A stretch of DNA of 64,000 nucleotides from the NCBI GenBank assembly GCA_963783795.1, contig CAWAPH010000036.1:4412-68411 (forward strand), written 5' to 3'. The notes beneath the pieces are model-generated. The model saw only the letters and a program-made list of their open reading frames with translations. It was not told the DNA's origin and ran no database searches. Origin of the DNA: an uncultured delta proteobacterium (GTDB taxonomy: Bacteria; Myxococcota_A; UBA9160; UBA6930). The translations under genes and the position numbers were made by a program. Of the stretch, positions 53,627 to 62,889 are shown one piece after another. Numbering within the stretch: position 1 is the first letter of the stretch; every line of letters starts with the position of its first letter.

Positions 53627-54541
53627 TCAACCGAGCCCGAAGGCGTCCAGAGCGGCGCGCGCTACCTGGTCTCCCCACTCCTGCACGAAGTGGTTCCCCT
53701 CGGCGACCTCGAAGGGCGGCGGGCAGCCGCGGATCGTCGAGCGCAGCTCCTCCATCACGGGCGGACCGAGCACGACGTCCTGCATGCCCACGGCCATGAA
53801 GGTCTCGCCCTGCCAGTCGTTGGCGAAGAACCTGCGAGCCCGCTCGCCGTGCTCGACCCCCGCCATGCCTGGCTCCACCGGGACCATCTGGGGGAAGCGG
53901 CGCACGCCGGCCTGGTGGCGTTCATCGGGGAAGGGGGCGTGGTAGGCGGCGAGGTCGAGAGGCGACATGTGCGAGCCCGCAGAGCTCAGCGCCAGCAGGC
54001 CTGCCACCGGGATGTCCCGGAAGGTCCCGGCGAAGCTCTTCCACATCTGGAAGCCCGGGCTGACGTCCTTGCCGACCGGGATCGCCGTATTCATCACCAG
54101 CAGCCGGGAGAAACGCTCGGGCATCTCCGGGACGACCGAGAGGCCGAGGATGCCGCCCCAGTCCTGGCAGACCAGTGTGATGCGCTGGAGGTCGAGCCGT
54201 TCGACGAAGCGCAGCAGCGCGTCGCGGTGGAAGTCGAAGCTGTAGACCTCGTCGCGCACCGGCTTGTCGGAGCGGCCGAAGCCGAAGAAGTCCGGCGCCA
54301 CGGCGCGGCAACCGGCCCCCGTGAAGACCGGGATCATCTTCCGGTAGAGGTAGGCCCAGGTGGGCTCGCCGTGAAGGCAGAGGAAGAGGTCCTCGGCGTC
54401 GGGGGGGCCCTCGTCCACGTAGTGGAGCCGCAATCCCTCGAATCCCCGTAGGTCCTCGATGTAGCGGGGCTGATAGGGAAAGCCCGGAAGAACAGCGAAT
54501 CGTTCCTCCGGAGTGCGCAGGGCCTCGATCCCGGCCGTCAT
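53627..54541 (-). CDS. haloalkane dehalogenase (alpha/beta hydrolase)
   Basis: 'LRLHYVDEGP', 'LCLHGEPTWAYLYRKMIP', nucleophile motif 'LVCQDWGG', C-terminal 'GNHFVQE'. Confidence 0.85.
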   Translation of the reverse strand: MTAGIEALRTPEERFAVLPGFPYQPRYIEDLRGFEGLRLHYVDEGPPDAEDLFLCLHGEPTWAYLYRKMIPVFTGAGCRAVAPDFFGFGRSDKPVRDEVYSFDFHRDALLRFVERLDLQRITLVCQDWGGILGLSVVPEMPERFSRLLVMNTAIPVGKDVSPGFQMWKSFAGTFRDIPVAGLLALSSAGSHMSPLDLAAYHAPFPDERHQAGVRRFPQMVPVEPGMAGVEHGERARRFFANDWQGETFMAVGMQDVVLGPPVMEELRSTIRGCPPPFEVAEGNHFVQEWGDQVARAALDAFGLG

Positions 54542-54598
54542 CGTATCGTCTCCATGCGGTGAGCTACGGCTCCGAGAGACAGCGCGGGGAAAGCCCGC

Positions 54599-55186
54599 TC
54601 ACGGCTGGTAGGGCTCCATCCCCGCTCGCTCGAACATGCTGTCGTCACAGCAGGGCGGCGGCCCCCCCATGGACTTCATCAGATTCCGGATCTTCTCCGC
54701 CGCCTGCCGAGTGTCCTCGGGCGTATTCGGATCGTGCAGGGCCTGCCAGGTGAAGTCCAAGGCTGCGAGCAGCTCCGTCCGCGTGGAATCGCTGAGCTTG
54801 AGCAGTGAGAAGCGACGCTTGTGGCTCTGGACGAACGCGTCGTAGGTGAGCGGTCTGTCCGGCCGCCTCGGCGCCTTCGCCTGCTTGAGGAGCTCCGTCG
54901 GGTCGTTCTCGTTCTTGCGGAGAGCCGCGTTGATGGATACGACCGTGCCATCGAGCTCTTCCCGGGCGCCTTCCGAGAGGCCCATCAGCTCCCAGATCTC
55001 GGCGTGCGTCGCCAGGAGCTCCGCGTTCCGCTCTTCGATCCGAGAAGTGTCTGCCGCAGCCGGCACCACAGGCGCTACCGATTCCTGCTCCGAGACTTCC
55101 GGCTGCGGTGATTCCTCTACCGGGGGCGTCGAGCAGGACTCCGCTGCGACGAGAAGAACGAGCAGAATCGGGACCCATCGAAGCAT
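54599..55186 (-). CDS. secreted hypothetical protein
   Basis: Signal peptide 'MLRWVPILLVLLVAAESC'. Helical, acidic body. No recognisable domain. G/C third-position bias supports the frame. Confidence 0.5.
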   Translation of the reverse strand: MLRWVPILLVLLVAAESCSTPPVEESPQPEVSEQESVAPVVPAAADTSRIEERNAELLATHAEIWELMGLSEGAREELDGTVVSINAALRKNENDPTELLKQAKAPRRPDRPLTYDAFVQSHKRRFSLLKLSDSTRTELLAALDFTWQALHDPNTPEDTRQAAEKIRNLMKSMGGPPPCCDDSMFERAGMEPYQP

Positions 55187-55335
55187 CACTCTTCTCCCAA
55201 CTTGGCGAGCACCTCCTGTCAACATGGCACGGACAGATCGGCGCTTCAAGCGCGGGCCAGCCGGTCCGGGGGCCCCTCCCCGCTCGACCCCCCAGCCCCC
55301 CAGACACGCCATCCTGTAGTAACTTCGACTACACC

Positions 55336-57009
55336 ATGGAAATCGAGCTCGGACGTCTGCTCCTGGAGAACCCGCTCCTGCTGGCCTTCCTGGTCATCGG
55401 CCTCGGCTACCTGGTCGGCAAGGTCCGCATCGGCGGAGTGGACGTGGGCGTCACGGCGGGCGTCCTGCTGGTGGGCCTGGTGCTCGGCCACCTGGGCTTC
55501 CCAGACCAGCCCGGGGCCGCGAGCTTCGGCTTCGCCATCTTCATCTTCTCCGTCGGAGTACAGGCCGGGCCGAGCTTCTTCAGCGCGCTGCGCGAGGACG
55601 GCAGGCGCTACATCATCCTCGCGCTGGTGGTGGCCGGGACGGCGGCGATCCTCGCCGCCACGCTGTCGAAGCTGCTCGGCCTCGAGCAGGGCCTGGGAGC
55701 GGGGCTGCTGGCGGGTGCGCTCACCAGCACTCCCACGCTCGCCGGCGCCCAGGATGCGGTGACCTCCGGGCTGGCGCGCCTGCCCGAGGGCATCGACGCG
55801 GTGCGCGCCTCCAGGAACGTGAGCGTCGGCTACGCGATCACCTACCTCTTCGGAACCGTCGGCATGATCCTCGCCGTGCGCTTCGTGCCCCGGAGGCTGG
55901 GGATCGACCTGCCGGCGGAGGCCCGCAGGATCGCACAGGAGCGTGGGATTGGAATCCGCAGGCGGCTGGTGGGCTCGGCGGCGACGCTGCCCATTATCCG
56001 GGCCTACCGTGCGTCAGAAGAGCTGGCGGACAAGACCATCGAGCAGGCTCGCATCGAGCTGGATCGCAAGGTGCTGCCGCTCCGCGTCCGGCGGGGCCGC
56101 GAGATCCTGGAGGCGGAGCCCTCGCTCGAGATCCAGTCGGGCGACGTGATCTCGGTGATTGCGAGCGTCGATCAGCACCGCGACACCCGCGAACGTGTCG
56201 GCGAGGAGATCCTCGACCCCGAGCTGATCGACTTCACGATCGTGACGCGGGAGATCGTGATCAGCCAGGCCACCGGCACCGGCAAGCCGCTCTCAGAGCT
56301 CGGCCTGCGCGACGACTACGGGTGCCTCCCGGTCCGGCTCACCCGGGCCACGATCGACCTCGCGGTCGAGCCCGGAGCCGTCCTCCAGCGCGGCGACCGG
56401 CTTCAGGTGACGGGCGAGGAGTCCAGGGTCGAGAGGCTGGCGGAGGCACTCGGCTACCTCGAGGGCGAGGTGGAGCAAACCGACCTCCTGACCTTCGCCT
56501 TCGGGATGGCAATCGGCTTCCTGCTCGGACTCGTGGTGGTGAAGGTCGGGGGGATCTCGATCGGTCTCGGCACCGCGGGGGGCCTGCTGCTGGTCGGCAT
56601 CCTGGTGGGCTTCCTCGGCTCGGTCAATCCGACCTTCGGAATGATGCCCGCACCGGCGCGCTCCTTTCTGATGAACTTCGGTCTGGCGCTGTTCATGGCC
56701 CAGGTGGGTCTCAAGGCGGGCGTGGGCGTGGTCGAGGCGCTGACCTCGGTCGGGCCCGCGATGATCGGAGCGGGCGTTCTGGTCACCCTGCTCCCGCTGA
56801 GCGTGGGGTTTGCGGTGGGCCGCTACGCGCTCGGCATGAACCCCGCCCTCCTCCTCGGCTCGCTCACCGGCGCCATGACCAGCACCCCAGCGCTCAACGT
56901 CCTGACCGATCTCTCGCGCAGCTCGGTTCCCGCCCTCGGCTACGCGGGGACCTACACGTTCGCCAACGTACTCCTCACCTTTGCGGGCACCGTGCTGATG
57001 ATGCTGTAG
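55336..57009 (+). CDS. AspT/YidE/YbjL-family transporter with two central RCK-C (TrkA-C) domains
   Basis: Duplicated membrane halves ('GLGYLVGKVRIGG' / 'GLVVVKVGGISIGLG') flank two 'GD.I.V.G'-type RCK-C repeats. Start moved to the ATG at 55336. Confidence 0.85.
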   Translation: MEIELGRLLLENPLLLAFLVIGLGYLVGKVRIGGVDVGVTAGVLLVGLVLGHLGFPDQPGAASFGFAIFIFSVGVQAGPSFFSALREDGRRYIILALVVAGTAAILAATLSKLLGLEQGLGAGLLAGALTSTPTLAGAQDAVTSGLARLPEGIDAVRASRNVSVGYAITYLFGTVGMILAVRFVPRRLGIDLPAEARRIAQERGIGIRRRLVGSAATLPIIRAYRASEELADKTIEQARIELDRKVLPLRVRRGREILEAEPSLEIQSGDVISVIASVDQHRDTRERVGEEILDPELIDFTIVTREIVISQATGTGKPLSELGLRDDYGCLPVRLTRATIDLAVEPGAVLQRGDRLQVTGEESRVERLAEALGYLEGEVEQTDLLTFAFGMAIGFLLGLVVVKVGGISIGLGTAGGLLLVGILVGFLGSVNPTFGMMPAPARSFLMNFGLALFMAQVGLKAGVGVVEALTSVGPAMIGAGVLVTLLPLSVGFAVGRYALGMNPALLLGSLTGAMTSTPALNVLTDLSRSSVPALGYAGTYTFANVLLTFAGTVLMML

Positions 57010-57040
57010 CCTCGGGACTTCCACTCCAAGGGAGGACCCG

Positions 57041-57478
57041 ATGGCGAACGTATTCCCCACCGAGTTCACGCCGTGGACGGCGGCGCTCGGCGGGCTCCTG
57101 ATCGGAGTCGCGGCATCGCTGCTGATTCTCGGCAATGGCCGCATCGCGGGCATCAGCGGGATCTGCGGCCGGCTCTTCGCCCCCGGTAGCGGCGACCGCG
57201 GCTGGCGGCTCAGCTTCCTGGTGGGGCTTCCGCTGGGAGCGCTCGCGGTGGATGCGATCCGGGGTGGACTTGCGGTCCAGATCACGGCTTCGCCGCTCGC
57301 GATCGTGGCCGCCGGCCTCCTGGTCGGCTTCGGCACGCAGCTCGGCAACGGCTGCACCAGTGGCCACGGGGTGTGCGGCCTGGCACGCGGCTCGCGACGC
57401 TCGCTTGCGGCGACCATCACCTTCATGGCCAGCGCTGCGGTCACCGTGTTCCTCGCGCGCCACGTGGTCGGAGGTTGA
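57041..57478 (+). CDS. YeeE/YedE family sulfur-compound transport protein (half-size)
   Basis: 'GNGCTSGHGVCGLAR' signature and four hydrophobic segments. Confidence 0.8.
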   Translation: MANVFPTEFTPWTAALGGLLIGVAASLLILGNGRIAGISGICGRLFAPGSGDRGWRLSFLVGLPLGALAVDAIRGGLAVQITASPLAIVAAGLLVGFGTQLGNGCTSGHGVCGLARGSRRSLAATITFMASAAVTVFLARHVVGG

Positions 57479-57482
57479 ATCG

Positions 57483-57926
57483 ATGCGAATCGTGATCGCG
57501 TTGTTCGCGGGCTTTGCCTTCGGCGCCGGGCTCGCTTTCGCCGACATGACGAACCCCGCCAAGGTGCAGAACTTCCTCGACTTCTTCGGAAGCTGGGACC
57601 CGAGCCTCGCGTTCGTGATGGGCGCGGGGCTCGCCGTCGCCGCGGTGGGCTTCGCCGCCGCCAGCAAGCGCCCGGCGCCGCTCTTCGGCGGGACCTTCGA
57701 GCTGCCGACCCGGCGAGACCTCGATGCGGAGCTGCTCGGCGGTGCGGCGCTCTTCGGCGTGGGGTGGGGACTCGCGGGCTTCTGTCCGGGACCGGCGCTG
57801 GCCGCGCTGCCGCAAAACGTCGGCGCCGTCTACGCCTTCGTGCTGGCGATGCTCGCCGGGATGGCCCTGCACCGGCTCGTGTACGTCCCGCTCCGAGAGA
57901 AGGCCGCGAAGCAGCCGGAAGGCTGA
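57483..57926 (+). CDS. YeeE/YedE-related membrane protein (second half-size unit)
   Basis: ATG 5 nt after the previous stop. '[26 protein letters not shown]', '[14 protein letters not shown]'. Confidence 0.75.
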   Translation: MRIVIALFAGFAFGAGLAFADMTNPAKVQNFLDFFGSWDPSLAFVMGAGLAVAAVGFAAASKRPAPLFGGTFELPTRRDLDAELLGGAALFGVGWGLAGFCPGPALAALPQNVGAVYAFVLAMLAGMALHRLVYVPLREKAAKQPEG

Positions 57927-58099
57927 GCATCACGGCAAGGCCGGCCACCGCATACCGTGGTGGGTGCTGGCATCTTTCGGCTGGCGGGCAGGCCGGAGTG
58001 GGCGGCTCGATAGGGCAACTCGAGGCGTTTGACACCGTTCGTCCCCGAACGCACTCTCTCGTCTCGATGAGCGGCACGTGCTGGCAGCAGAGACGTTCG

Positions 58100-60616
58100 A
58101 TGAACCGCCTGCTCTGCACGGCGTGGCTGGCGGCGCTGGCCATCCTCGTGCCGTCCAGCACCTCCTTTTCCACCGATGATCCGCTGACCTTCGCCGAGCG
58201 GCAGTGGCTCGACGCGCACCCCACCATCCGGCTGGCTCCCACGCCGAGCTACGAGCCGACCGAGTTCTTCGACGAGCAGGGCGTCTACCGCGGGATCACC
58301 GCGGACATCGTCGCGACGATCGAGGAACGTCTCGGCATCGAGTTCGAGGTCGTGCGCAACGAAACCTGGGCGGAGACGATCGAGGAGCTCCGATCGGGTC
58401 GGCTCGACGCCGTACCCATCGCGGCCCGTACGCCGGAGCGCGACGAATTCCTCGTCTTCGGGGCACCCTACGTCGTCTACCCCGCGGTGATCCTCGTCAG
58501 AAAGGGCGTGGAGCTGGGCGCGAGCCTCGAAGCCTTCGCTGGCAGGCGCGTGGCCGTGCCTCAGGGCTACGCCGCCGAGGAGTACGTGCGGGGCAACTTC
58601 CCCGAAGTGGAGGTCGTGCCCTATCCCTCCCCCGTAGCGGCGCTACGAGCCGTCTCCATCGGGGAGGTCGATGCCTACGTCACCGAGATGGCCTCGGCAG
58701 CCTGGTACATGCAACAGGAAGGAATCTCGAACCTGACCATCGCCGGGGAATCGGGCTTCGTCTACGAAATGGGCTTTGCCTGCCGCCGCGACTGGCCCGA
58801 GCTGGTCCGCATCTTCCAGAAGGGACTGGACCTGGTCAGCGAGGAGGAACGCCAGGCGATCTTTCAGCACTGGGTGCGGCCTTTCGAAGAGGCACCGTTC
58901 TGGAGGGAGCGGGCGTTCTGGTGGACGGCGTCCGGTGTCGCCCTCGGGTTGGCGGTGATCGCCCTGATCGGCATGGGGTGGAACCGACAGCTGAGCCGCC
59001 TCGTCGATCAGCGAACTGCCGAGCTCCAACAGCACCGCGAACGCCTCGAAGAGCTGGTCGCGCAGCGAACCGCACAGCTGCGCGAGGCCATGGAGGAGGC
59101 GCGGTCTGCCAACCAGGCCAAGAGCCGCTTCCTCGCCAACATGAGCCACGAGCTTCGCACGCCGATGAACGCCATCATCGGCTACAGCGAAATGCTGATG
59201 GAAGATGCCGAAGAAGAGGGCGACGAGGTCGCAGCGGCCGACCTGAAGAAGATCCGGAGTGCGGGCAAGCACCTGCTGGCGCTCATCAACGACGTCCTCG
59301 ACCTCTCCAAGATCGAAGCCGGCAAGATGGAGGTCCACCTCGAGGACTTCGAGATCGCTCCCGTCATCGACGATGTCGTCGCCACCAGCGAAGCCCTGGT
59401 GAAGAAGAACGACAACCGCTTGCGGGTCGAGGTGGACCCGTCGCTCGGGTCGATGCGGGCCGATCTCACCAAGGTCCGGCAAGCGCTCTTCAACCTGCTG
59501 GGCAACGCCGCGAAGTTCACGCGGGAGGGTGAGATCGCACTCCTGGTGGCGCAGGAGACGCGGGACGGCGTTCCGTGGGTGCAGATGTCGGTTTCCGACA
59601 CGGGTATCGGGATCCCGCCCGAGAAGCAAGATCGCGTCTTCGAAGAGTTCTCCCAGGCCGACGACGACACCAGTCGAACATACGGGGGTACGGGTCTGGG
59701 CCTCCCGATCAGCCGCCGCTTCTGTCGGATGATGGGCGGCGACGTGACCCTGGAGAGCCGCGCCGGTGAAGGCTCCACGTTCACGATCCAGCTGCCGATC
59801 CGCGTGATGCCCGACGCAGAGCTGCCCGCCGCAGCAAAGGCGACCGCGGCAGAAGCCGCGCTCCCCGCCAGCCCCGGGGAATCGAGCACGGTGCTCGTGA
59901 TCGACGACGATCCCAATGCGCTGGATCTGCTCGGAAGGACCCTGCAGAGCACGGGGCATCGCGTCGTGACGACGAGCGATGGCCAGGAGGCCCTGCGCCT
60001 GGCCAGGACCCTGCAACCGGCCGCGATCACCCTGGACGTCGTGATGCCCGGCATGGACGGCTGGGAAGTGCTGCGCGAGCTCAAGCTCGATCCCGAGACG
60101 AGAGACATCCCGGTCGTCATGGTCACGATGACCGACGACCGGGAGACGGGCTACGCCCTGGGAGCCACCGAGTTCCTGACCAAGCCCATCGAGCGCGGCC
60201 GGCTCGTGCAGATGCTCGAGCGCTACGCACAGGCGGACTCCCAGCGATGTGCGCTGGTGGTGGACGACCAGCCGGAGAATCGCGAGACACTGAGGCGGAC
60301 CCTCGAGAAGCAGGGCTGGCAGGTGAGCGAGGCCGAGAACGGCCGCGTGGCCCTCGACCGCGTCGCAGAGCACTGCCCCTCGCTGATCCTCCTCGACCTG
60401 ATGATGCCCGTGATGGACGGCTTCGAGTTCGTGATGGAGCTGCGCAAGGTCGAGGCGTGGCGCGAGATTCCCATCGTCGTGGTGACCGCCCGCGATCTCA
60501 GCGAGGAGGACCGCAGCCGGCTGAGCGGCGAGGTCGTGGGTCTGATCCAGAAGGGCGGCATGGACCGCGAATCGCTGCTGGCGCAGCTCCGCGCGCAGCT
60601 GTCGACGCTCGGTTGA
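58100..60616 (+). CDS. hybrid sensor histidine kinase: periplasmic solute-binding (SBP_bac_3-like) domain, HisKA/HATPase, two receiver domains
   Basis: Signal '[16 protein letters not shown]'. SBP-like '[19 protein letters not shown]'. H-box '[12 protein letters not shown]'. '[10 protein letters not shown]'. Receivers 'VLVIDDDPN...DVVMPGMDG' and 'LVVDDQPEN...[10 protein letters not shown]'. The first 112 codons of track ORF 57764.. overlap the YeeE gene and are rejected. Confidence 0.9.
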   Translation: MNRLLCTAWLAALAILVPSSTSFSTDDPLTFAERQWLDAHPTIRLAPTPSYEPTEFFDEQGVYRGITADIVATIEERLGIEFEVVRNETWAETIEELRSGRLDAVPIAARTPERDEFLVFGAPYVVYPAVILVRKGVELGASLEAFAGRRVAVPQGYAAEEYVRGNFPEVEVVPYPSPVAALRAVSIGEVDAYVTEMASAAWYMQQEGISNLTIAGESGFVYEMGFACRRDWPELVRIFQKGLDLVSEEERQAIFQHWVRPFEEAPFWRERAFWWTASGVALGLAVIALIGMGWNRQLSRLVDQRTAELQQHRERLEELVAQRTAQLREAMEEARSANQAKSRFLANMSHELRTPMNAIIGYSEMLMEDAEEEGDEVAAADLKKIRSAGKHLLALINDVLDLSKIEAGKMEVHLEDFEIAPVIDDVVATSEALVKKNDNRLRVEVDPSLGSMRADLTKVRQALFNLLGNAAKFTREGEIALLVAQETRDGVPWVQMSVSDTGIGIPPEKQDRVFEEFSQADDDTSRTYGGTGLGLPISRRFCRMMGGDVTLESRAGEGSTFTIQLPIRVMPDAELPAAAKATAAEAALPASPGESSTVLVIDDDPNALDLLGRTLQSTGHRVVTTSDGQEALRLARTLQPAAITLDVVMPGMDGWEVLRELKLDPETRDIPVVMVTMTDDRETGYALGATEFLTKPIERGRLVQMLERYAQADSQRCALVVDDQPENRETLRRTLEKQGWQVSEAENGRVALDRVAEHCPSLILLDLMMPVMDGFEFVMELRKVEAWREIPIVVVTARDLSEEDRSRLSGEVVGLIQKGGMDRESLLAQLRAQLSTLG

Positions 60617-60666
60617 CAGGCTGCGTCCGCGCGACGCGATCGACGCAGACGAGCGTCGCGTCTGTC
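60615..60666. terminator. 52-nt compound palindromic structure (two hairpins closed by an outer stem)
   Basis: Outer stem GACAGGC/GCGTCTGTC-type pairing. Inner hairpins GCGTC-CGCGC-GACGC and CGACGC-AGACGA-GCGTCG. Starts inside the kinase stop codon, in a convergent intergenic region. Confidence 0.35.
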
Positions 60667-60785
60667 ATGCGTAAGAATCTCCACGCCTGGAACTCGGCCC
60701 TTCGACCTCGACCGGAGCGTCTACGCGGTAGCGCTGAGGCAGGGAATCCTTCGCTCGCAACCGGCAACCCTACGAATGGGCTGCT

Positions 60786-62531
60786 CTAGTTTGTCGGAGA
60801 GACTTCCATCGCGTGACATGCCGCGATGAAGCCGAACGTGGCTGCGGGGCCCAGCGTGGAGCCGGGACCGGGGTAGGCCCGCCCCATCGCTGAAGCAGCG
60901 CAATTGCCGATCGCGTACAGCCCCTGGATCGGCTCCTCGGCCTCGTTCAGCACACGAGCGCTGATATCGGTGCGCAGCCCCCCCTTGGTCCCCAGGTCTC
61001 CTGGATAGGTCTCGACACCGTAGAAGGGGGGCTTCTCGATGGGCCCCAGACAGGGGTTCGGTTCGACGCGTCCGTCGCCGTAGTAGCGCTGAAAGATGCT
61101 GCTACCGCGTCGGAAGTCGCTGTCGTATCCCTTGCGCACAAGCTCGTTGAGCCTGGCGACGCTCCTCGAGAGACCCGCCGCATCGATCCCGAGCAGCTTG
61201 GCGAGCCCCTCCAGCGTGTCGGCCCGCCTCAGGAAGTCGCGCTTCAAACGCCGCGGCAGAATCCAGTCGGGCTGCTGGGCGCCCGGCAGGAGCGGACCAC
61301 AGAGATACTTCTTGCGGAAGCTGGCGTCGTGGATCAAGAAGCAGGGAATGGTCGGCGCCCCGGCCGTGTGCTTCTCGTGGATCGCGTTCACCACGTCGAT
61401 GTACGGGAGGGCTTCGTTGACGAAGCGCTCACCTCGCCGGTCGACCAGGATGCTCCCGGGTAGCGACTTCTCGATGAAGAGCATCCGGGCATGGGGCTCG
61501 CTCGCAACGACCGTGGTGGGACCCCACCAGGCATCGTCCATCAGGTCGGTGGCGGCACCCACTGCGAGACCCATCTGGATCGCATCGCCCGTGTTGTCGG
61601 GGTTGCCACAGGTCCACTCGGCTCGGGTCGGACCGGGCAGGTATTTCTCCCGCATCGCCTGACTGGCTTCGAACCCGCCCGTGGCCAGAACGACGCCCTT
61701 CCGGGCGCGGATCCGGATCGTGCGGCCGTCCTGTTCGGCCGCGACACCGACCACGCGGCCTTCCTCCACGAGCAACTCGCGGGCAGAGGTGTCCAGCCAG
61801 AGTGGAATGCTGCGATCCAGTAGAGAGCAGCGAAGCCCGCCGACCAACGCGTTCCCCATCACCAGGTTGCGGTCGCGCCTCGACCGGAAGCGCCACGGCA
61901 GGTCGAGGAAGTACCCGGCGAAGAGACGCAGCATCAGACCGACCCGTCCCCTCTCCCGGCAGAGGAGCTTTCGCCCCTCCGCGATGGTCAGGGCGATCCG
62001 CCCGATGACCAGGGTCTGGGTGGCACTCTCTCGCATGCGCAGGAACTCGTCGCCGAGCTTCCTGGCGTGGAAGCTCTTCGCCTCCAGGGAGCGGCCGCCG
62101 GAGCAGAAACCCGATGCCGCCGGGTAGTAGTCCGGGTACTCCGGCAAGAGGGCAAACTCGAGCTGCGTCTGCTCGCAGAGGTACCGCGCCATCTTGGGCG
62201 CGGTCTCCACGTAGGCGCGCAGCCGATCCTCGGAGACGACGCCCCCGCTCGTCTCCTTCAGATAGGCCAACGCGTCTTCCGGCGTGTCGTCGATGCCAAA
62301 CTCACCCATCAGGCGGTTGTTCGGCACCCAGAGACAGCCGCCCGACATGGCCGAAGAGCCCCCGTACTGCGAGCCCTTCTCGATCAGCAGGACGACGGCC
62401 CCTTCGTCGTGCGCCTTGAGGGCGCAGACCATGGCGCCCGCGCCCGAGCCGACCACGAGCAGGTCGACGACATGATCCCAGTCGTTCTTCGCGCCGCTCT
62501 CTGAAACCACTTCGCTCTTCAGCGCCGCCAT
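60786..62531 (-). CDS. FAD-binding dehydrogenase, 3-ketosteroid-delta1-dehydrogenase / fumarate-reductase flavoprotein-like
   Basis: 'DLLVVGSGAGAMVCALKAHDEGAVVLLIEKGSQYGGSSAMSGG', 'VVLATGGFE', C-terminal 'GLYAIGNCAAS'. Confidence 0.85.
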   Translation of the reverse strand: MAALKSEVVSESGAKNDWDHVVDLLVVGSGAGAMVCALKAHDEGAVVLLIEKGSQYGGSSAMSGGCLWVPNNRLMGEFGIDDTPEDALAYLKETSGGVVSEDRLRAYVETAPKMARYLCEQTQLEFALLPEYPDYYPAASGFCSGGRSLEAKSFHARKLGDEFLRMRESATQTLVIGRIALTIAEGRKLLCRERGRVGLMLRLFAGYFLDLPWRFRSRRDRNLVMGNALVGGLRCSLLDRSIPLWLDTSARELLVEEGRVVGVAAEQDGRTIRIRARKGVVLATGGFEASQAMREKYLPGPTRAEWTCGNPDNTGDAIQMGLAVGAATDLMDDAWWGPTTVVASEPHARMLFIEKSLPGSILVDRRGERFVNEALPYIDVVNAIHEKHTAGAPTIPCFLIHDASFRKKYLCGPLLPGAQQPDWILPRRLKRDFLRRADTLEGLAKLLGIDAAGLSRSVARLNELVRKGYDSDFRRGSSIFQRYYGDGRVEPNPCLGPIEKPPFYGVETYPGDLGTKGGLRTDISARVLNEAEEPIQGLYAIGNCAASAMGRAYPGPGSTLGPAATFGFIAACHAMEVSPTN

Positions 62532-62889
62532 TGGCCAACCCTCTCTGGTAGCAACCGGCTAGAGCCGTAGAAGGTTTCGCGGGAAGAATCGGATCTTTTC
62601 GATAACGCCACTCGAGGAAGAATGCAACCGCATTTCTATGGGGTTTTTCCGTTCCCTTTGGCCCGCCGCGGGCATGAGGTGCCGACCTGCGGATGTCTTG
62701 CGTTTCCCGGTTCTTGGACGGATCCGGTCTCAAACCGCGCCGTCTTCGATGGGACCGCGCAGCACTGGCGCAAGCTGCGGCATGGGAGATCGCTTGCGCA
62801 CGCGGACTTTCCAGACGGCAGGGCGCTCGCCCGATCTCGGCGCGCGGGTCACGCAGGGATGTGAGGAATCGTTCAGGAAGAGCTTTCGA

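Noticed and set aside
24469-60373. Further very long ORFs: 24469..27234 +, 25847..26935 -, 28369..30102 -, 28596..30359 +, 31506..32777 -, 31808..34567 +, 35633..37033 +, 37550..39055 -, 42362..44236 +, 43825..45408 +, 45492..46583 -, 47373..48767 -, 56293..58242 -, 58204..59532 +, 58643..60373 -.
   Set aside because: Same reasoning. These are GC-driven open frames opposite or offset to well-supported genes, with no catalytic or structural motifs.
62532-62889. A lower-GC 358-nt intergenic region upstream of the KstD-like gene, inspected for a tRNA, a small RNA or a KstR-type operator ('TAGCAACCGGCTAG').
   Set aside because: No cloverleaf can be drawn. The candidate operator is only a 4-bp dyad. 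The track ORFs here (62622..62864, 62638..63015, 62693..63235) have no coding-like composition.
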